From NCBI GenBank assembly GCA_045837725.1, contig JBEWZL010000260.1, forward strand, positions 310,001 to 374,000: a stretch of DNA of 64,000 nucleotides. The letters run 5' to 3'. Position numbers and translations under genes: made by a program. This document shows, piece by piece, positions 49,996 through 64,000 of the stretch (position 1 is the first letter of the stretch; each line of letters opens with the position of its first letter). The notes beneath the pieces are model-generated. The model was not told where the DNA came from, ran no database searches, and worked only from the letters and a program-made list of their open reading frames with translations. Origin of the DNA: Vermamoeba vermiformis. Lineage: Eukaryota.

Positions 49996-52886
49996 TTAAT
50001 GCATGAGTATGCTTGCAATGGCGAGGACGACAAAGGCAAGAGAGTTGATGAGAACGGATCCACTGCTGGTAACTTGATTGTTAACCTAAAAAGGGCAAAA
50101 CCGTTAGAAATTTGTCTCTTATATTACGGTAATATATATATGTATAAAAGTCTTTAGCCATTCGCCTCTGAATACTCCATCATTCAAACGTTAGCAGCAC
50201 TTGATCAACTTTTTTTCGTACCGATTCAGGAGTAGCAGTAACAGGCGTTATAACAACAGTAACAGGTGTTTGTTCGACTATTGGAGACGCAACGGGAACG
50301 ACTGCTATAGGGGGAGTACTTACAATAGGAGTACTGGCAGTGGGTGCGAGTTCAGTAATGGGTGTTTGCGTAGTAACGGGTGGACTTTGTTCGATGACTG
50401 GAGTAGCAGTGCAAGTAAGACCGCATTTGTTAGAGTCTACAATCTTGAAGACCGCCTAAGAAAATTAAAACGTTAGATTGATCTGATCCGGATTTGGATT
50501 TTCGATTTTGATACTTACGTCTTTAGCCAAGATGTACATATCGTCGTTGCGATCCTGACCGAAGCTGAAGACAATATCAAGAGTTCTGCAAGCCTTAGGA
50601 GAGCTAGAAGCGCACTTGGTGCTGACTTTGTACATGTTCCAAACGTCAGATCCGTCAGCGACTTCTTTGCCTTGCAGAAGAACACCAAAGTAATCAGCGA
50701 AGAGGTAAGTGCCTTGCAAGCAAGGGTTCACCGATGAGCGATAGACGTAGCCACCGATAACGCAAGCAGGGTCAATAAAAGTTCTGTAATAGGCCATAGT
50801 AGGAGGCACGCGATCAGGAATGTCAGGCTTGTCAGTGCGATGCACTTCCACTCCTTCGTAGCGAGACCAGCCGTAGTTACCACCCTTTTGAATAATATCC
50901 ACTTCTTCTACAACCTACAGCACAGCATTAATTAACGGTTCCAAACGATGACCAGATCTTGCGATAATCGAGTAAAAGTTCTAATTTTGAATATCGTATT
51001 AAAGTACTTACCGCACCACCAACGTCACCGACCCACATCTTGCCAGTAACCTTATCAAACGAGAATCTGTAAGGGTTTCTCAAACCATAGGCCCAGATCT
51101 CCCCCAGAGCATCAGCTTGGTTGACGAACGGGTTATCAGAAGGAATAGCGTATTGTTTGCCTAGCATATATATTAGATATATAATGCTATATGAATAATA
51201 GTCAGCGAATACTTACCGTTTTGTTTGTTGTTGACGTCAATACGCAAAACTTTGCCGAGAAGGCTCTTGAGGTTTTGAGAAGAATAAAAAGGATCGTCTT
51301 GATAGCCACCATCACCAGTAGTAGTGTAGAGGTAACCGTCTTCAGGACCGAAATGCACATCTCCTCCGTTGTGGTTGGCGTAAGGGTGAGGATACTCTAA
51401 GATTCTGCGGACAGCGGTAGGAACAGCAGTGTTGGCTCTAAATAGCATAATATGATTAATTTACTATCATTATCATACTAATCCTACTATATTTTTGTAA
51501 CTTACGACCAATCACCATCAACTTTGTACTCTTCAATGATCTGCACGTGCGACAAGTTCTCGCAGTAGCCGTCAGCTTTGCAGTTGCCGTAAGGACATCC
51601 GCGATCACACTTCCATTGGCAGTTAGCGTTGCTAGGAGGGCAAGAATAGACCTAAACAAATTGTAAGATCAGATCTCCGGATCGCGCACTTGGTGTCATT
51701 TTTTCAATCTACGTACCACATAGAACAAGCCGTTAGTCTCGTAGTTGGGGTGGAAATTCAAGCCGTGCATGCCAGTCTCTCCGTTGACAAAAGTCTTGCC
51801 GCTAATATCCAAGAAAGTTCCGGAGATTGTTTGCGTATCTTTATCGTAGATATCGATTGTACCGCTCTACGTATGAAGTTGCATTAATATATATTGCCAT
51901 ATTAACAAAAGTAAGATATTTTCTGATCTTTTTGATTCCGCAAATCATTTCAAATGAGATCCCGTTAAAAACTTACCTGAGTACCGAGGAATAAACGATT
52001 ATCCTTTTCAACAGGAGTGACGGCCATAACGAGGTAAGTCTTAGTATCCAATATTCTTTCAACGCAAACCTAATATCAAGCCATTTAGCGTCAGTTTAAA
52101 TAAATTGCAAATTAGCTAATTACCGTTTCAGTGAAATTACTGTCGGTAATGACAGTCGGTACGAAAGGGGTGCCAGAATAGCAGTATTGGCCAGAGTTAG
52201 TCTTATAAGCGGCGCAGAAAGCATTTTGAGAGGAGTAGAGCTCGTCTAAAAATAAAATTGTTAGGGATCGGATCCAGCAAAGTTATTCCGCTTAATCTTT
52301 ACGTACTCAAAGAGATTGAGCGCTTTTGATCATCGAATGGGTTAGCGTTGATGACTACATTTTGACAAGCGTTCCATAACTTTCCGCAATAATCGGTGCA
52401 AAGAAAAGGGGCTTCACGAACACCGTTGCCAGACTCGGCATCTGTTGCAAAAAGTTAGTCTTAAACTCATACAAACCAGCTTGCTATGCCTACCAAACAG
52501 ATGCGCAGCCCAAGGATCACTAAATAATTATATTAATAAAATTCAACGGAGATTACAGAACACAAATCCGATCCTACCATCTCGAGCAGAGGATCTGTTG
52601 AAGCAGAGTACGGCATTCGCCAGCAGCGACGCCAATATTGGCTAGTTCAGTTTTAATAGTAGCTTCAGTGTCTATAGTGCAGCAACCTGCGTCGTTGTAA
52701 TCAGTGCAGAGTTCGAGTGGTGTCGCGGGCTAGAAGTTAAAACGTTGTTAGCGCTTGATCTGTGTTTTCAGAGTAAGTATTCGGACTTACTTTAGCAGGG
52801 CCATCACCATTGACGCACAGAGGGTGCGTTCTTATCGCACCAATGAGTAGCAGTGAGATGCACAGAGTTAATAAAAACTTCTTCAT
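49996..52886 (-). CDS. HIPL/HHIP-like protein (Cys-rich domain + glucose/sorbosone dehydrogenase propeller), P/T stalk, GPI-like tail
   Basis: Signal peptide, HPLC, GCC, NHNGG..FGPEDGYLY...GDGG, LGKVLRIDV, IPSDNPF, WAYGLRNP, GGNYGW. Confidence 0.92.
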
Positions 52887-53746
52887 TTTAGTTGTGTCTT
52901 AGTCGTTAGGAAATACAAAATAAAGAGAAATTATCCCAATAAATAGTTTTTTCACCATCGTGCTGCGGAACAGGTGTATTCGAGTATCAAAAAATAAATT
53001 GATTTTCATAGGGAAATTCGTTAAAATTTGACTGAGAGATCCGATAATTAATGTGCGCCGAATCAACGTGACCAAAAAATTGCTTATTATAGCGCCTGCA
53101 AACACTGGGAATGCCGTAGTTGCAGGGTTCAACCAAATTTATGTCTTTTTCATGTGGAATTTAAAAAATTTGTGTCGATCTAATGCGACTGCAGCGTCCG
53201 TAATTAGCCTATTTGTTCGAGACTATTTTGGGCATTTTTTTACCTTATTTTCGGGGTTAATTTCGTTGATAACTTTAATTGGTGCGGATGCTTCCGATTA
53301 CGGCGTAACAGCCACTTTGTGTGATGTCCCTCATGCATTCTCGGCTTGCAAATCCTCAACAGAGTGAATACTAACTATTCTGCACAAATAAAAAGTGTTG
53401 CTCGCTTCTAGAAACATCGAATAATCGATTTTATTTTCCGTTCGAGACATTTTACACCTAACACTCAAAGGAGGATACACAGCAGTAGATTTGTAAATAA
53501 TAAGTTCAAGGCGTTGATATTTATATATATTATAAAAGTAAGCAAAAAAGCATAAGATTTTCGTTCGGATGTCGGTTCAATTAACTCTCAAAATCAACAA
53601 GATTCGTTAACAAACGCTCGATCACGTTGCGATTTTTCGAAAATATTATGTCAAGCACTCTGACATTATTTAGAAAATTAACCTTTATTTATTTTCAGGT
53701 AGTTCTCTCGATCCTATTTCTATTCGTAATCCTGCTTTAGTCAACG

Positions 53747-56489
53747 ATGCAGAACTACATGTCAAACCTGCCAATCGACGGCCATCCAGCCCTATTTACG
53801 CTACCAGATAAGGCTGAGCTCAATGACATTCATGTTAAAGTTTTTCCTGATCGACGGACTGGCAAAATTGAAATTTTATTATTTGATCGACGCCAATCAA
53901 GGCTAGCACTGAAATGGCTCGTTGGAAAGCATCAGACAGATACGCCCCAATTTCAGATTAAATATGGCGACAATTTTAAGACGACTAAAGGATTCGACTT
54001 GATCTGGAGGAACACGAGCTTGAAAATTCGTCAAGCAGACACCGAAGGCTTCGATTTCGAGTGGAATTTAATAGACGTGAACACTACTGACGAGTTGGTC
54101 GTGTGCGACGCTTTTGTACTGGCTAGTGGCGTGAATTGGTATGGAGGAGCGGAATTGGTCCGGCAACATTGGCCCATCGAGTCTCTGCACTTAAATACTG
54201 CACCATTGCAAACATGGGATAATGGTCCTTCAGGTATACGGCCTAAACATGCAGATACACGTTTAGTACAATTGTATTTCTAAAATTGGAAATATGTTTA
54301 GGGATCAACACTGTAGTCCAACCAATGTGGACTACTTCAACGGGGGCATCGATAATAGCCGATCCGAAGTACCTTATAAGCATTAGCATGAACGAATACA
54401 ACACTGGTCACGAATTTTCTGGTAAAGTGAGTTGAATTGCCGATTGCGGATCGGAAGCGATTGATTCATTTTTTAACGATAAATTCCGTATAATATGTGC
54501 CGTGGTTGCCATCATCAGTTATTATGAACATTTTCAATGGTGCTAACCATTCCATTGTCAGTCTGCCGCGCCTTACCCTGTTTTCAATCAAAACGATGGC
54601 GATGGTCTATTTTGCCTGAAAATTGTATTCAATGAGAAGAATAAGCCTACATACTCCGCGAAAACGAACGTAAGTAGCTACTCTTATTACTAAAATTCCA
54701 ACTTGATCTGATCACTTTCAATCAAAGCCGATAATTATGAAATATCAAATAGCAGCGTATGATAATCCTATGGAAGCTCAGAAGAAACAATTAGCCGCTC
54801 TAAAAAAGCCGAAAAGCACGCCCGAGGAGTATTTACTCAGATCTCCGATTTGGACCACGTGGGCGAGATACAAGACCGATATCAACCAAAACAAAGTCTT
54901 AGAATTCGCTAAAGAAATTATATCGAACAAATATCCGTATTCAGTTATGGAAATCGATGATAAATGGTCGAGTGCACACGGAGATCTCGAGTTCAACTCC
55001 ACGTTATTTCCGGGTGAGTACGAAGCTATAACTTGTATACGGTGCATTCGTTGCTAACCAATTAACGCTCTTCAGACCCCAAAAAGATGGTGGATCAGCT
55101 CCACGATCTTGGCTTTAAAGTGACTCTTTGGGTGACGCCTTTCGCTGAAGAGACAAGCAAAGCTTACCATGAAGGCCGAGTCAAAGGATATTGGGTCAAA
55201 GATAGTACCGATCCGTCTAAGTCAGTACCAAGCAAGTGGTGGAACGTAAGGATCTAAATGAAAAATTTTCCTTCAGTCTCAGCCACTAACGTAAGCCCTT
55301 AGGGAACATGTTATATTTTGGATGTTACGAATAACGAGGCTGTAGAGTGGTTTGTTAGCAGACTTAAGAAGATGCAAAAGGACATAGGCATTGACGGGTT
55401 CAAGTTCGATGGAGGTAAGTGCCGGCACGAGTCAGATCCTACGTATATTAATATCTATTTATGTAGGCGAGTCCAATTTCCTCGACAGAACGAACAATCC
55501 AGCTGCGTATAGCAATAATGACACGATGTACAATAAGAATTACTACAGCACGAAGTGGGTAGAACTGGCAAACCAATTCGCGTGTGGTGAAGTTCGAACA
55601 GGATATAATTCACAGAATAGCCATCACTTGGTAAGTACATCATGTATATAACAATATTTACTTACTAAGTTCAGATGAGACAATGGGACAAAGCCTCGAT
55701 CTGGGGTCTGGACAATGGACTCGAAAGCGTTTTAACGGGAGCTCTGACTCTCGGAGTGCTTGGGTATCCATTTGTATTGCCCGATATGATTGGTGGAAAT
55801 GACTGGGGCCAACCGTAAGTCCGAGCAAATTAGTTCTTTTTTGTTGGCAAATAGCTGCCTGACACGTGTGTTTAGACCCACAAAAGAACTGATGGTACGA
55901 TGGGCACAAGCCAATGCTTTGTTGCCTTCGATGCAGTTCTCTATCGCACCATGGACATTTGATGCAGAATGTGCGCAACTATGTTTGAAAGCGGTAGAAT
56001 GGCATCAAAAGTACGCGGATCTCATCGTTCAGTTGGCCAAGGAAGCAATGCAGACAGGATGGCCTATTGTCCGTCCTATGTATTGGCTCGCCCCTAATGA
56101 TAAGAAAACGTATACCATTGGTGATCAGTTCGTACTAGGCGACAGAGTGGTGCGTACTTGTTCAATAATAAGATCTCTTTTGGATTTGTGCTAACGTGTC
56201 AAACTTGCAGGTCGTAGCTCCTATAATTAAGCAAGGCCAATTCTTGCGATATGTATATTTACCATTCCCGAACAAGTCGTGGAAAGAAGTTTCATCTGGT
56301 GCGGTGTTCAAAGGAGGCGACTGGCATACCATCACTGCGACATTGGACCACTTGCCTATATTTGAATTAGCTACTGACGAAGACATTAAGAAGTACAACG
56401 ACCAACAGGCTGCGAAGAGCGCTGCATACATTAAGAACCAGAAAGTACCAGATGTGGCTCAAACAGGTGTTTCAAACACTGTATTGTAA
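53747..56489 (+). CDS. GH31 glycosidase, MYORG/NET37-like (start uncertain)
   Basis: WYGGAE, PIWTTWARYK, EIDDKW, DGFKFDGGE, LPDMIGGN, PSMQFS, PIVRPM. Confidence 0.9.
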
Positions 56490-56643
56490 ATAATAACGTC
56501 ACTGCTCATCACGAGTATATTTTAAGATCGAAAATAGAGTAAGCAGAAATTCTTATCTTTGGGAGATCTCGAAAGCCAAAACCTTTTTCGCGGCTGCTCT
56601 CACTTTCGTCGTTCTTGTTACACTAACCCACACAACAAACAAT

Positions 56644-59073
56644 ATGTCGGAGGTAATATTAATAATTGGACGGAAGCTATCGAATGAATCCGATACTAAC
56701 TGTCCGATCTGCATCAGGAGCAATTTCAAAGCAGAGAGGATAACGTTCCCCAAGGAGGAGGAGTGAACATTTTCCAACAAGATACTAAGGAAGAGAAGGG
56801 AGAGGAAGCACGAAACGTACGAGAGATTTGAATAATAATTATTGGATCGAGCTGATAATAATTTTTTATAATTGATAGCGTTTGTTTGTTGGTGTTCTTG
56901 CCGTTACAGACCTTTTGAAAACCACTTTGGGACCGAAAGGACAAGTAAGCATATTTTTCTGGCTTCATTTATTAATTTACAGCGAATAATTTTTCTGCTG
57001 GATTTATTATGACAAAGGCGTATAACAACCAATTTAACTAATACCATGCAGGATAAAATTTTGCAACCCTCCAGTGATGGCGCTCGATTCAATGAACTTC
57101 AAGTTACTAATGACGGTGCTACCATTTTGAAGTCGATTCACGTTTCGAATCCTGCTGCCAAGGTAAGTCTCGACAAACATTTGCAAGCGATCACGAATAT
57201 TCATATAAGGATATTCTACGATCATAAAAATTACTTGTTATCGTTTAACAAGACTGACCGCTCGATCGCAGATCTTGGTCGATATTTCTAAAACACAAGA
57301 CGATGAAGTCGGTGACGGTACTACCAGTGTTTGTGTATTGACTGGTGAGCTCCTCCGTGAAGCCGAGAAGCTTATGTTCCAAAAGATCCACCCTCAAACC
57401 ATCATCGAAGGTAGGTCACATCCGTCAATTTTTCCGTGCTTGTAATACGAGCGAATGTGCTAATATTATCAATATAGGTTGGAGAATGGCCGTCGATGTT
57501 GCTCGCGAGGCTTTGGTCAAGTCTTCTACTGATAACTCTTCAGATAAAGGTACGCAAACACACGTGTTACACGATCTAGATCTGCTTGTATCGAATAGAG
57601 AGTTGGACTTTTGTGGCTTAATATTGCAATAGCATTATTAATATACTAACGGTTCTTCTTAAACAGAAAAATTCAAACAAGATCTGTTGCAGATCGCTCG
57701 TACTACTTTGGGCTCGAAGATTTTGGGCCAGAACTCTACTCACATGGACCACTTCGCCAAGTTGGCCGTCGATGCAGTGATGAGATTGAAGGGCAGCACT
57801 GATTTACAAATGATTCATATTATTAAGAAGGTTGGTGGTTCATTAGAAGATTCATTCTTGGACGAAGGTTTTATTTTGGAGAAGAAGATCGGTGTCGGTC
57901 AACCTAAGCGTATTGAAAACGCTAAGATTTTGTTGGCCAACACTGCTATGGACAGCGATAAAGTCAAGATCTACAGTGCCAAGGTCCAAGTGGATTCGCC
58001 CGCTGAATTGGCTAAGATTGAGAAGGCTGAGCGTGTAAGTTGACTACAAAAGCTATGCTGAATTATTATATACGTGCACTTTATATTATTTATAATAACA
58101 AAATTCATGTAACGGTGATCTAGAAAATTCAATGCCGAATCCGCCTAACAGAATTGTTTCCCTTAGGACCGCATGCTTGCCAAGTGCGAGAAGATTGTCA
58201 ACCATCAAATCAACTGCTTTATCAACAGACAGTTGATCTACAACTTGCCCGAACAATACTTCGCCGACCACGGCGTGATGGCCATTGAACACGCTGACTT
58301 TGAAGGCATTGAGCGTCTCGCCTTTGTCACTGGTGGTGAGATCGTTTCTACCTTCGACAACCCTGAACGTGTCAAGCTCGGTCACTGCAAATTGATTGAA
58401 GAGATTATGATTGGTGAAGACAAGGTTATCAAGTTCAGCGGTGTTGAACGCGGCGAGGCTTGCACTATCGTCTTGCGCGGTGCTACTAAGCACATTTTAG
58501 ACGAAGCTGAGCGATCATTGCACGATGCTTTGTGCGTCTTGACCCAAACCACTAAAGAAACTCGCACCGTGTACGGTGGTGGATGCGTTGAATCGATCAT
58601 GGCCCAAGCTGTCGAAGAGTTGGCCAAGAAAACCCCGGGCAAGAAATTGCTTGCTATTGAAGCCTTTGCTAGGTATGTACCGGTACTACTACATTTTAAC
58701 ATCTACAATGTTGTAGAATGTAATCGAAAAAATAAGATCGGATCGGATCTATCAATCGACTTCAATACTAATGATGTTATACAGAGCTTTGCGTATGATC
58801 CCTACGATTTTGGCTGACAACGCTGGTTACGACAGCTCAGAATTGGTTTCTCAATTGAAGGCTGCCCACTACGAAGGCAAGGTGCACGCTGGTTTGAACA
58901 TGGAGACCGGAGAGATCGGTGATATGGCCAGCATGGGCATTAAGGAGTCTTTGAAGGTTAAGATGCAGATCTTGATGTCTGCCGCTGAAGCCGCTGAAAT
59001 GATTTTGCGTATCGATGAAATTATTAAGGCTCCCGAGAGAAAGCGCCGCCACGATCCTAGATACCCTCACTAA
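56644..59073 (+). CDS. CCT2: Chaperonin CCT/TRiC subunit beta
   Basis: [67 protein letters not shown]. Confidence 0.97.
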
Positions 59074-59441
59074 ATATGGACCATAAGAAGGCATCGTTAC
59101 AAATACTAAGTTTAATTGTAATTGACTCCGTAATAAAGAGTTAATTCCAGCATACAAGCAGATCTTGCAGATCCAGATCGTCAAGTGAAACGATGTCCGG
59201 TGGGTAATTGGCAAGATTTAGTAACCCTAGCAATGCCTATTAACAAAATTTACTAGCGCGAGGACAAGGTTGTCCGCTTGTAATTATGGTGAATTTAGAC
59301 AAAATTTCGCGCGTTTTTTGGTGACGAGACACTTTGCTTATTATTTGAGCCCGCAGCACTTCGTCATTCTTCAAATCGAGTTCTACAGAAAGACAACAAT
59401 ATTTTAAGATATTTATTAACGTATAGCGATCACATCCAGCA

Positions 59442-60802
59442 ATGAACGCGCTATACACCCGTGCCACTGTCACAGTTGCTCTTGCAGCAGCTTTTATTGG
59501 CTCTTTATTTTTACCACCACAACAACCCCTTCCTCCAGCTCAAATTGGTAAGTTTAGTTTATTTATTGAAGGCTCTGGTGATTTATAAATGTTTTTCAAT
59601 TCTGCACATCTACAATATTTATTCTTTATTCTGATTATTCTTTTGTAATAAACTTATTAATTGCCAATAATTTCATTAGAAAAAACTACCGTAGTGACGA
59701 CTGCCAACACAGAAGTTCTCGACGAGCTGCCTTCGAAATCTCAACAAGATGGACAACAACACCTCTCAGGAATCGATCAAGAGAGTAATAAAGGGCCAGC
59801 GTATGGAGGGGATACCTCAGGTACGCAAGGCAAGGGTAAGGGCGAAGGATCCTCTCGCCAAGATCAACCCGATCAAAGCCAAAACCAACAATCTTCGCGT
59901 CAAAGCGATCGCGATACAAGCGGCTCTAAAGACGAAGCCTCGCGTCGAATGAGCGATGAAGATGTTGAAAAGCTCATCGAACAAGTCGTCGAAACCGAGC
60001 GCAAGAGATGGGATCGTAAGCTTTCCGAAGCTAACGAGAACGCCAAGGACTGGGAACAAAAGTACAACCAAGCCAAGCAAGATCTCAACAAGAACTTGGC
60101 TCCTAAGCCCGCTACTGTCTGTAAGTACTTGGCCCATCCGCCGAAAATTCGACGTGGCAAACTTTGCGAGGTCATTAATGCTCATCTTATAGCTGAAGAC
60201 GAGTTCACTCAAGGTCCCGTTCAAGCCTTCTGGAACGACCCTTCAAACTTGTTCTGGGTCGGCTTAGAGACCCTCTTGTTCTTGGGCACTCTTCTCTGGG
60301 CCTCAATGCGATCTACCAAGGAAAAGGCTTTGTTGCGTCAAATGGAAGAGAAGGTCCGCGCTCACCAAGAGATTGAAACCGAGACTGTTGGTAGCCTCGA
60401 GGTTATTAAGAACATGTTCAGTCAATTGGAGGATAGATTCCCTTCTCCCAATGATAAGCGCGCCATGCAAGACTTCAGAAACCAAGTCGATGATATTGTT
60501 ATCAACTTGAACGCTGCTATCCGTAAGTACCTAATATAAGTTATATACATTTTAAATCTCAATTCTTCCAATGCTAATATTAATTCGACTAAAAATAAAT
60601 TTGATAAAATCGTGTACTGACTCGTATGATCATAGGAGCCGAGACTGACGAAACTGTTGAAACTGGCGTTGTTGTAGTTGATGCTAAGCCTACTTTTGAT
60701 GATGAAGGCGCCATAATGAATGAAGCAGGTGCCGAAGCCTCGTCGCCAGTTGTGATCCAACAAACCCCGAGCAAGCACAAGAAAAAGAAGCACCATAAAT
60801 AG
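59442..60802 (+). CDS. Hypothetical protein: signal/TM, low-complexity region, coiled coil, TM, coiled coil
   Basis: Exons joinable by GT-AG introns; TM LFWVGLETLLFLGTLLWA; codon usage similar to neighbouring CCT2. Confidence 0.7.
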
Positions 60803-61077
60803 ACGAGATCCGCGTTGTAAATACAAATAATTAAGTACCTATAATATATAGAACTATATAAATTAATTTAACAATGTACATAGAAGAATAATAAATCTTA
60901 CCAATAGATTATAGATCCGCTGTACTGTTGTACGCTGAATCTCTTTACGTTGCCTCTGAACTATCCACCATTCAGATTTAATTCGATCCGCTCTGTGCGT
61001 GTCAAAATATCAAAATTGGGATACAAAAAGTTGCCCTTTTCCTCAGCAGTTCTAATTCGCAGCCTTACAGCCACAAC

Positions 61078-63003
61078 ATGAGGTCGTTTCGAAAAAAAAT
61101 GACCCCAAACTTAAGCGTCGCTTTACAGATTTTGTTTTTATATATTTGTTGCGCATCCGTTCTAGTTACAGCTGATTTCACTATTTCAACCCCAAGTATT
61201 CCGGTAGATAATCTAGTATTTCAAGGAAATGGCTCTGTGTCGACTACAGACATAATTCTGTCGTTGAACCAGCAAGCAACCTCATCTGTTGTCTATTGGA
61301 AATACGCACAAGATGTTCAACATGGCTTCAAAGCTACTATATTATACATAAGCACGGATTGCGATGTGGTTCCCTATTATGGCGGCGGAGACGGGTAAGC
61401 AAGACTGCGCGATCCCAAAGATTAATTAATAATTTTTATTTTGACAGCTTCTCATTTTTCTTCGCCTCGTCAATTAATACCTCAGAGACATTATCTACAG
61501 GAGGGACATTGGGTCTAGCGAATAAAACGAATATTGCAATGGTCGGATTTGATCTGTTGAACGATAAAATCGTTTACAAAGCAACGTAAGTTATCTATAT
61601 GAACTCTACGTAGTCTCCACATCCAAAGATGCGTTTGAACCATCTTAAATTGGTTTATAGAATAATTCTTTTTTAAAGTTCATATTTAATCTTTTCCTCC
61701 GCCACAGAACCGAAGCTATTCTGGGTCCCCGTGCAGGTTATACAGCGGTTAATGCTATTGTATCTGGATGGCGGTGTTATTCTCCCGGGATCTACGTTCA
61801 AATCGAGTACGCTCCTCCAACTTTCCGCGTATGTTCAAAACTCTTCAGAGTATTACAAGAATATGAACTAATAATCGCGTAGATAACGAGCAACACTACA
61901 AATCTCGATGTGTCGATCACTATGGACTTGAGGAACTATTTCGATCCATATTCGCAGTTGTACGTCGGCTTAAGTGCTGCGACTGGTCAGGCGTTCATGA
62001 AACAAACAATTACCTCCTGGGAATTCACTGGTGGTACGCAAACGAAGACTATAAATGTATTAGTACGCTATAAGTGCTAATTGTATTCGATTTTAGTTCC
62101 GCCACCCCCAGAGGTTATTCCGATTCTGGAGTGCTACGAACAGCCGGCCAACAAAGACACATATGTAGCATACATGGGCTATCGAAACCCAACGACGGCA
62201 CCGCTCTCTTATGAGGTTGGTCCAAATAACGGCTTCTTCCCAGACCCGCAAGATCGTGGTCAACCAACAACCTTCCAAAGTGGGAGATCCAGTAAGTCTA
62301 ATACTAGCTATTCAAATGATATGTGATGAATATATTATGCATCATACTGAAGTTATACGTAGCGAGCTATCCGTTGAGTGCGTTCTCCTTTGGATGGAAC
62401 GGAGCTGAATTGACATGGAACTTGACATCAAACTTTGTGAGGTTCAACGCGGCCAACACAGCTTTTCTTTGTCCCAAATCACTTAAAGTCGTCATCGTCT
62501 TCTCAACTGCAGCGAATCTCAACGATACCCAGCTCAACGCGATTGTGCAGTCCCTGGCCAACTTCTTGGGAATTTCAGCGACACGTGTCACGGTCACGAG
62601 TGTCAATTACGTGATCATTTCTTTGCCAATTGCTCGATCTATAATGCAAAGTCAGCAAGGTACACTCGAGCTCGAGATCAGTGGCACAGATTCACAGACG
62701 GAGAACGAGCCTTCAGCAGCTGAAAGTGTTCAGAAGTTCGTCAACAGTGCATCGAACAGCACGCTTGTGAACGAAGTGCTCAATCCTCCGGGCACCGAGA
62801 ACACCATTGAAGTCATATCGGTGAATCCGAAGTCAACGGGGGTTGAAGGCACTGGCTCACTTGTTGTCGCTCCACCCGTCACAACGCCCGTCGCACAGCC
62901 TGTTACCACTACGCCGACTGCGCCCATAGGGGTTTCACCCGCAACTTCAATTTCAACTGCAATGTCATTGGTGGTAGCAGTGGTGGGGTTTTTCCTACTA
63001 TAG
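61078..63003 (+). CDS. L-type (legume) lectin-like surface protein, probably GPI-anchored
   Basis: Signal peptide, LVFQGNG, GGDG|FSFFF, YVGLSAATG, ITSWEF; P/T stalk and hydrophobic tail. Confidence 0.8.
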
Positions 63004-63250
63004 GCGATGGGTACGATCGGCATAAAATAGGCTCGATCTTCTTGGAGCTCGGCCTCGAGATTGTGGTAGTAACTGCTCAATTCGAGTAACTATCATCCTG
63101 CACGCATCCAATGGAACTAGTACTAAAGGTGAACTTTGGCTGCTCTTTCCTAATTTGGATCCGTGAGGAAAGAAATGTGTTCGTAGGTTAATCGCATTTT
63201 TTTTTATTTTGTACAATGAATGGCACATTTAGTCTGTAAATATTCACTAA

Positions 63251-64000
63251 ATGGTGTCATATAATTTAGGGATTTTATTTTTGTTCACTTTCGGTTACTT
63301 TACGCACCACGCGATTGCGGATTTCAGCATCGCCGCTCCGAATATTCCTGTAAATAACTTCGTACTTCAAGGAAACGGATCTATATCGACAGGAAGTATA
63401 ATTTTAAGCTTAGCCGAACAAGGTACCGGATCTGTTGTTTACTGGAGCGAGGCCCAAAACGTATTGGATGGATTCACTACCACATTAACATACCAAAGTA
63501 CGAGCTGTGACACTATTGTCTGGTCTGGAGGAGCGGACGGGTAAGATCTCGTGGGCGACTGTTATTAAAGTATTAATTTTTTATTATTTTAGTTTTGCGT
63601 TCTTCATTGCACCGTCAATTAATACTAACGAAGACATATCGTTTGGATCCTCGTTGGGTCTTACTGAAAAAACTAGCATCGCGTTAGTAGGCTTTATTGT
63701 TTGGCAAGGCAAGATCCTGTTCAAAGCAAAGTACGTCTTTGATAAGACTCTAAAGGGTCAAATATTCATTGAAATATTAGTTTTTATCGATACTCGATGG
63801 TTATTGCAATTTATACAAAGTCAAACTTTTTAAGCTTTTACTGAGTTTGGTAATATAGCGCTGTGGGCATGACTATGGGCCCTGCCGACAATGTTCCTTT
63901 TCTGCAAGACATGAATATGTTGTCTTGGCGATGCTCAGGTCCGCTTACCGTTACGATCGACTACTCCCCGCCATCCAGTTTCCGGGTAGCTAAAAAAACT
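63251..64000 (+). CDS. Tandem paralogue of the L-type lectin protein (runs off the window)
   Basis: Same exon pattern: ADFSI..P.IPV.N.VLQGNG, GADG|FAFF. Confidence 0.8.

Overview
Gene-dense, intron-rich eukaryotic DNA (GT-AG introns mostly 50-100 nt, standard genetic code). Gene content (TKL kinase, DH-PH RhoGEF, HIPL, L-type lectins) suggests a free-living protist, plausibly amoebozoan; this is inference. Housekeeping genes: TAF1 (with an intronless globin nested antisense in one intron), small Tim, TKL kinase, SCO1, METTL2/6-like, RhoGEF, animal-type PMVK, CDGSH protein, 2OG oxygenase, PPR protein, HIPL, GH31, CCT2, and two lectins. Accessory parts are three decaying F-box/LRR paralogues and a TE nest at 36.4-46.3 kb. 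In that nest an F-box pseudogene carries (i) a TIR element with a 23-bp hairpin array and (ii) a full-length Ty3/Gypsy element with identical 187-bp LTRs, itself interrupted by a second TIR element. Best novelty candidate: the retroelement's gag seems to need removal of a host-sized 52-nt spliceosomal intron to be translated, yet the integrated copy keeps that intron. Exon models were read by eye and several 5' ends are uncertain.
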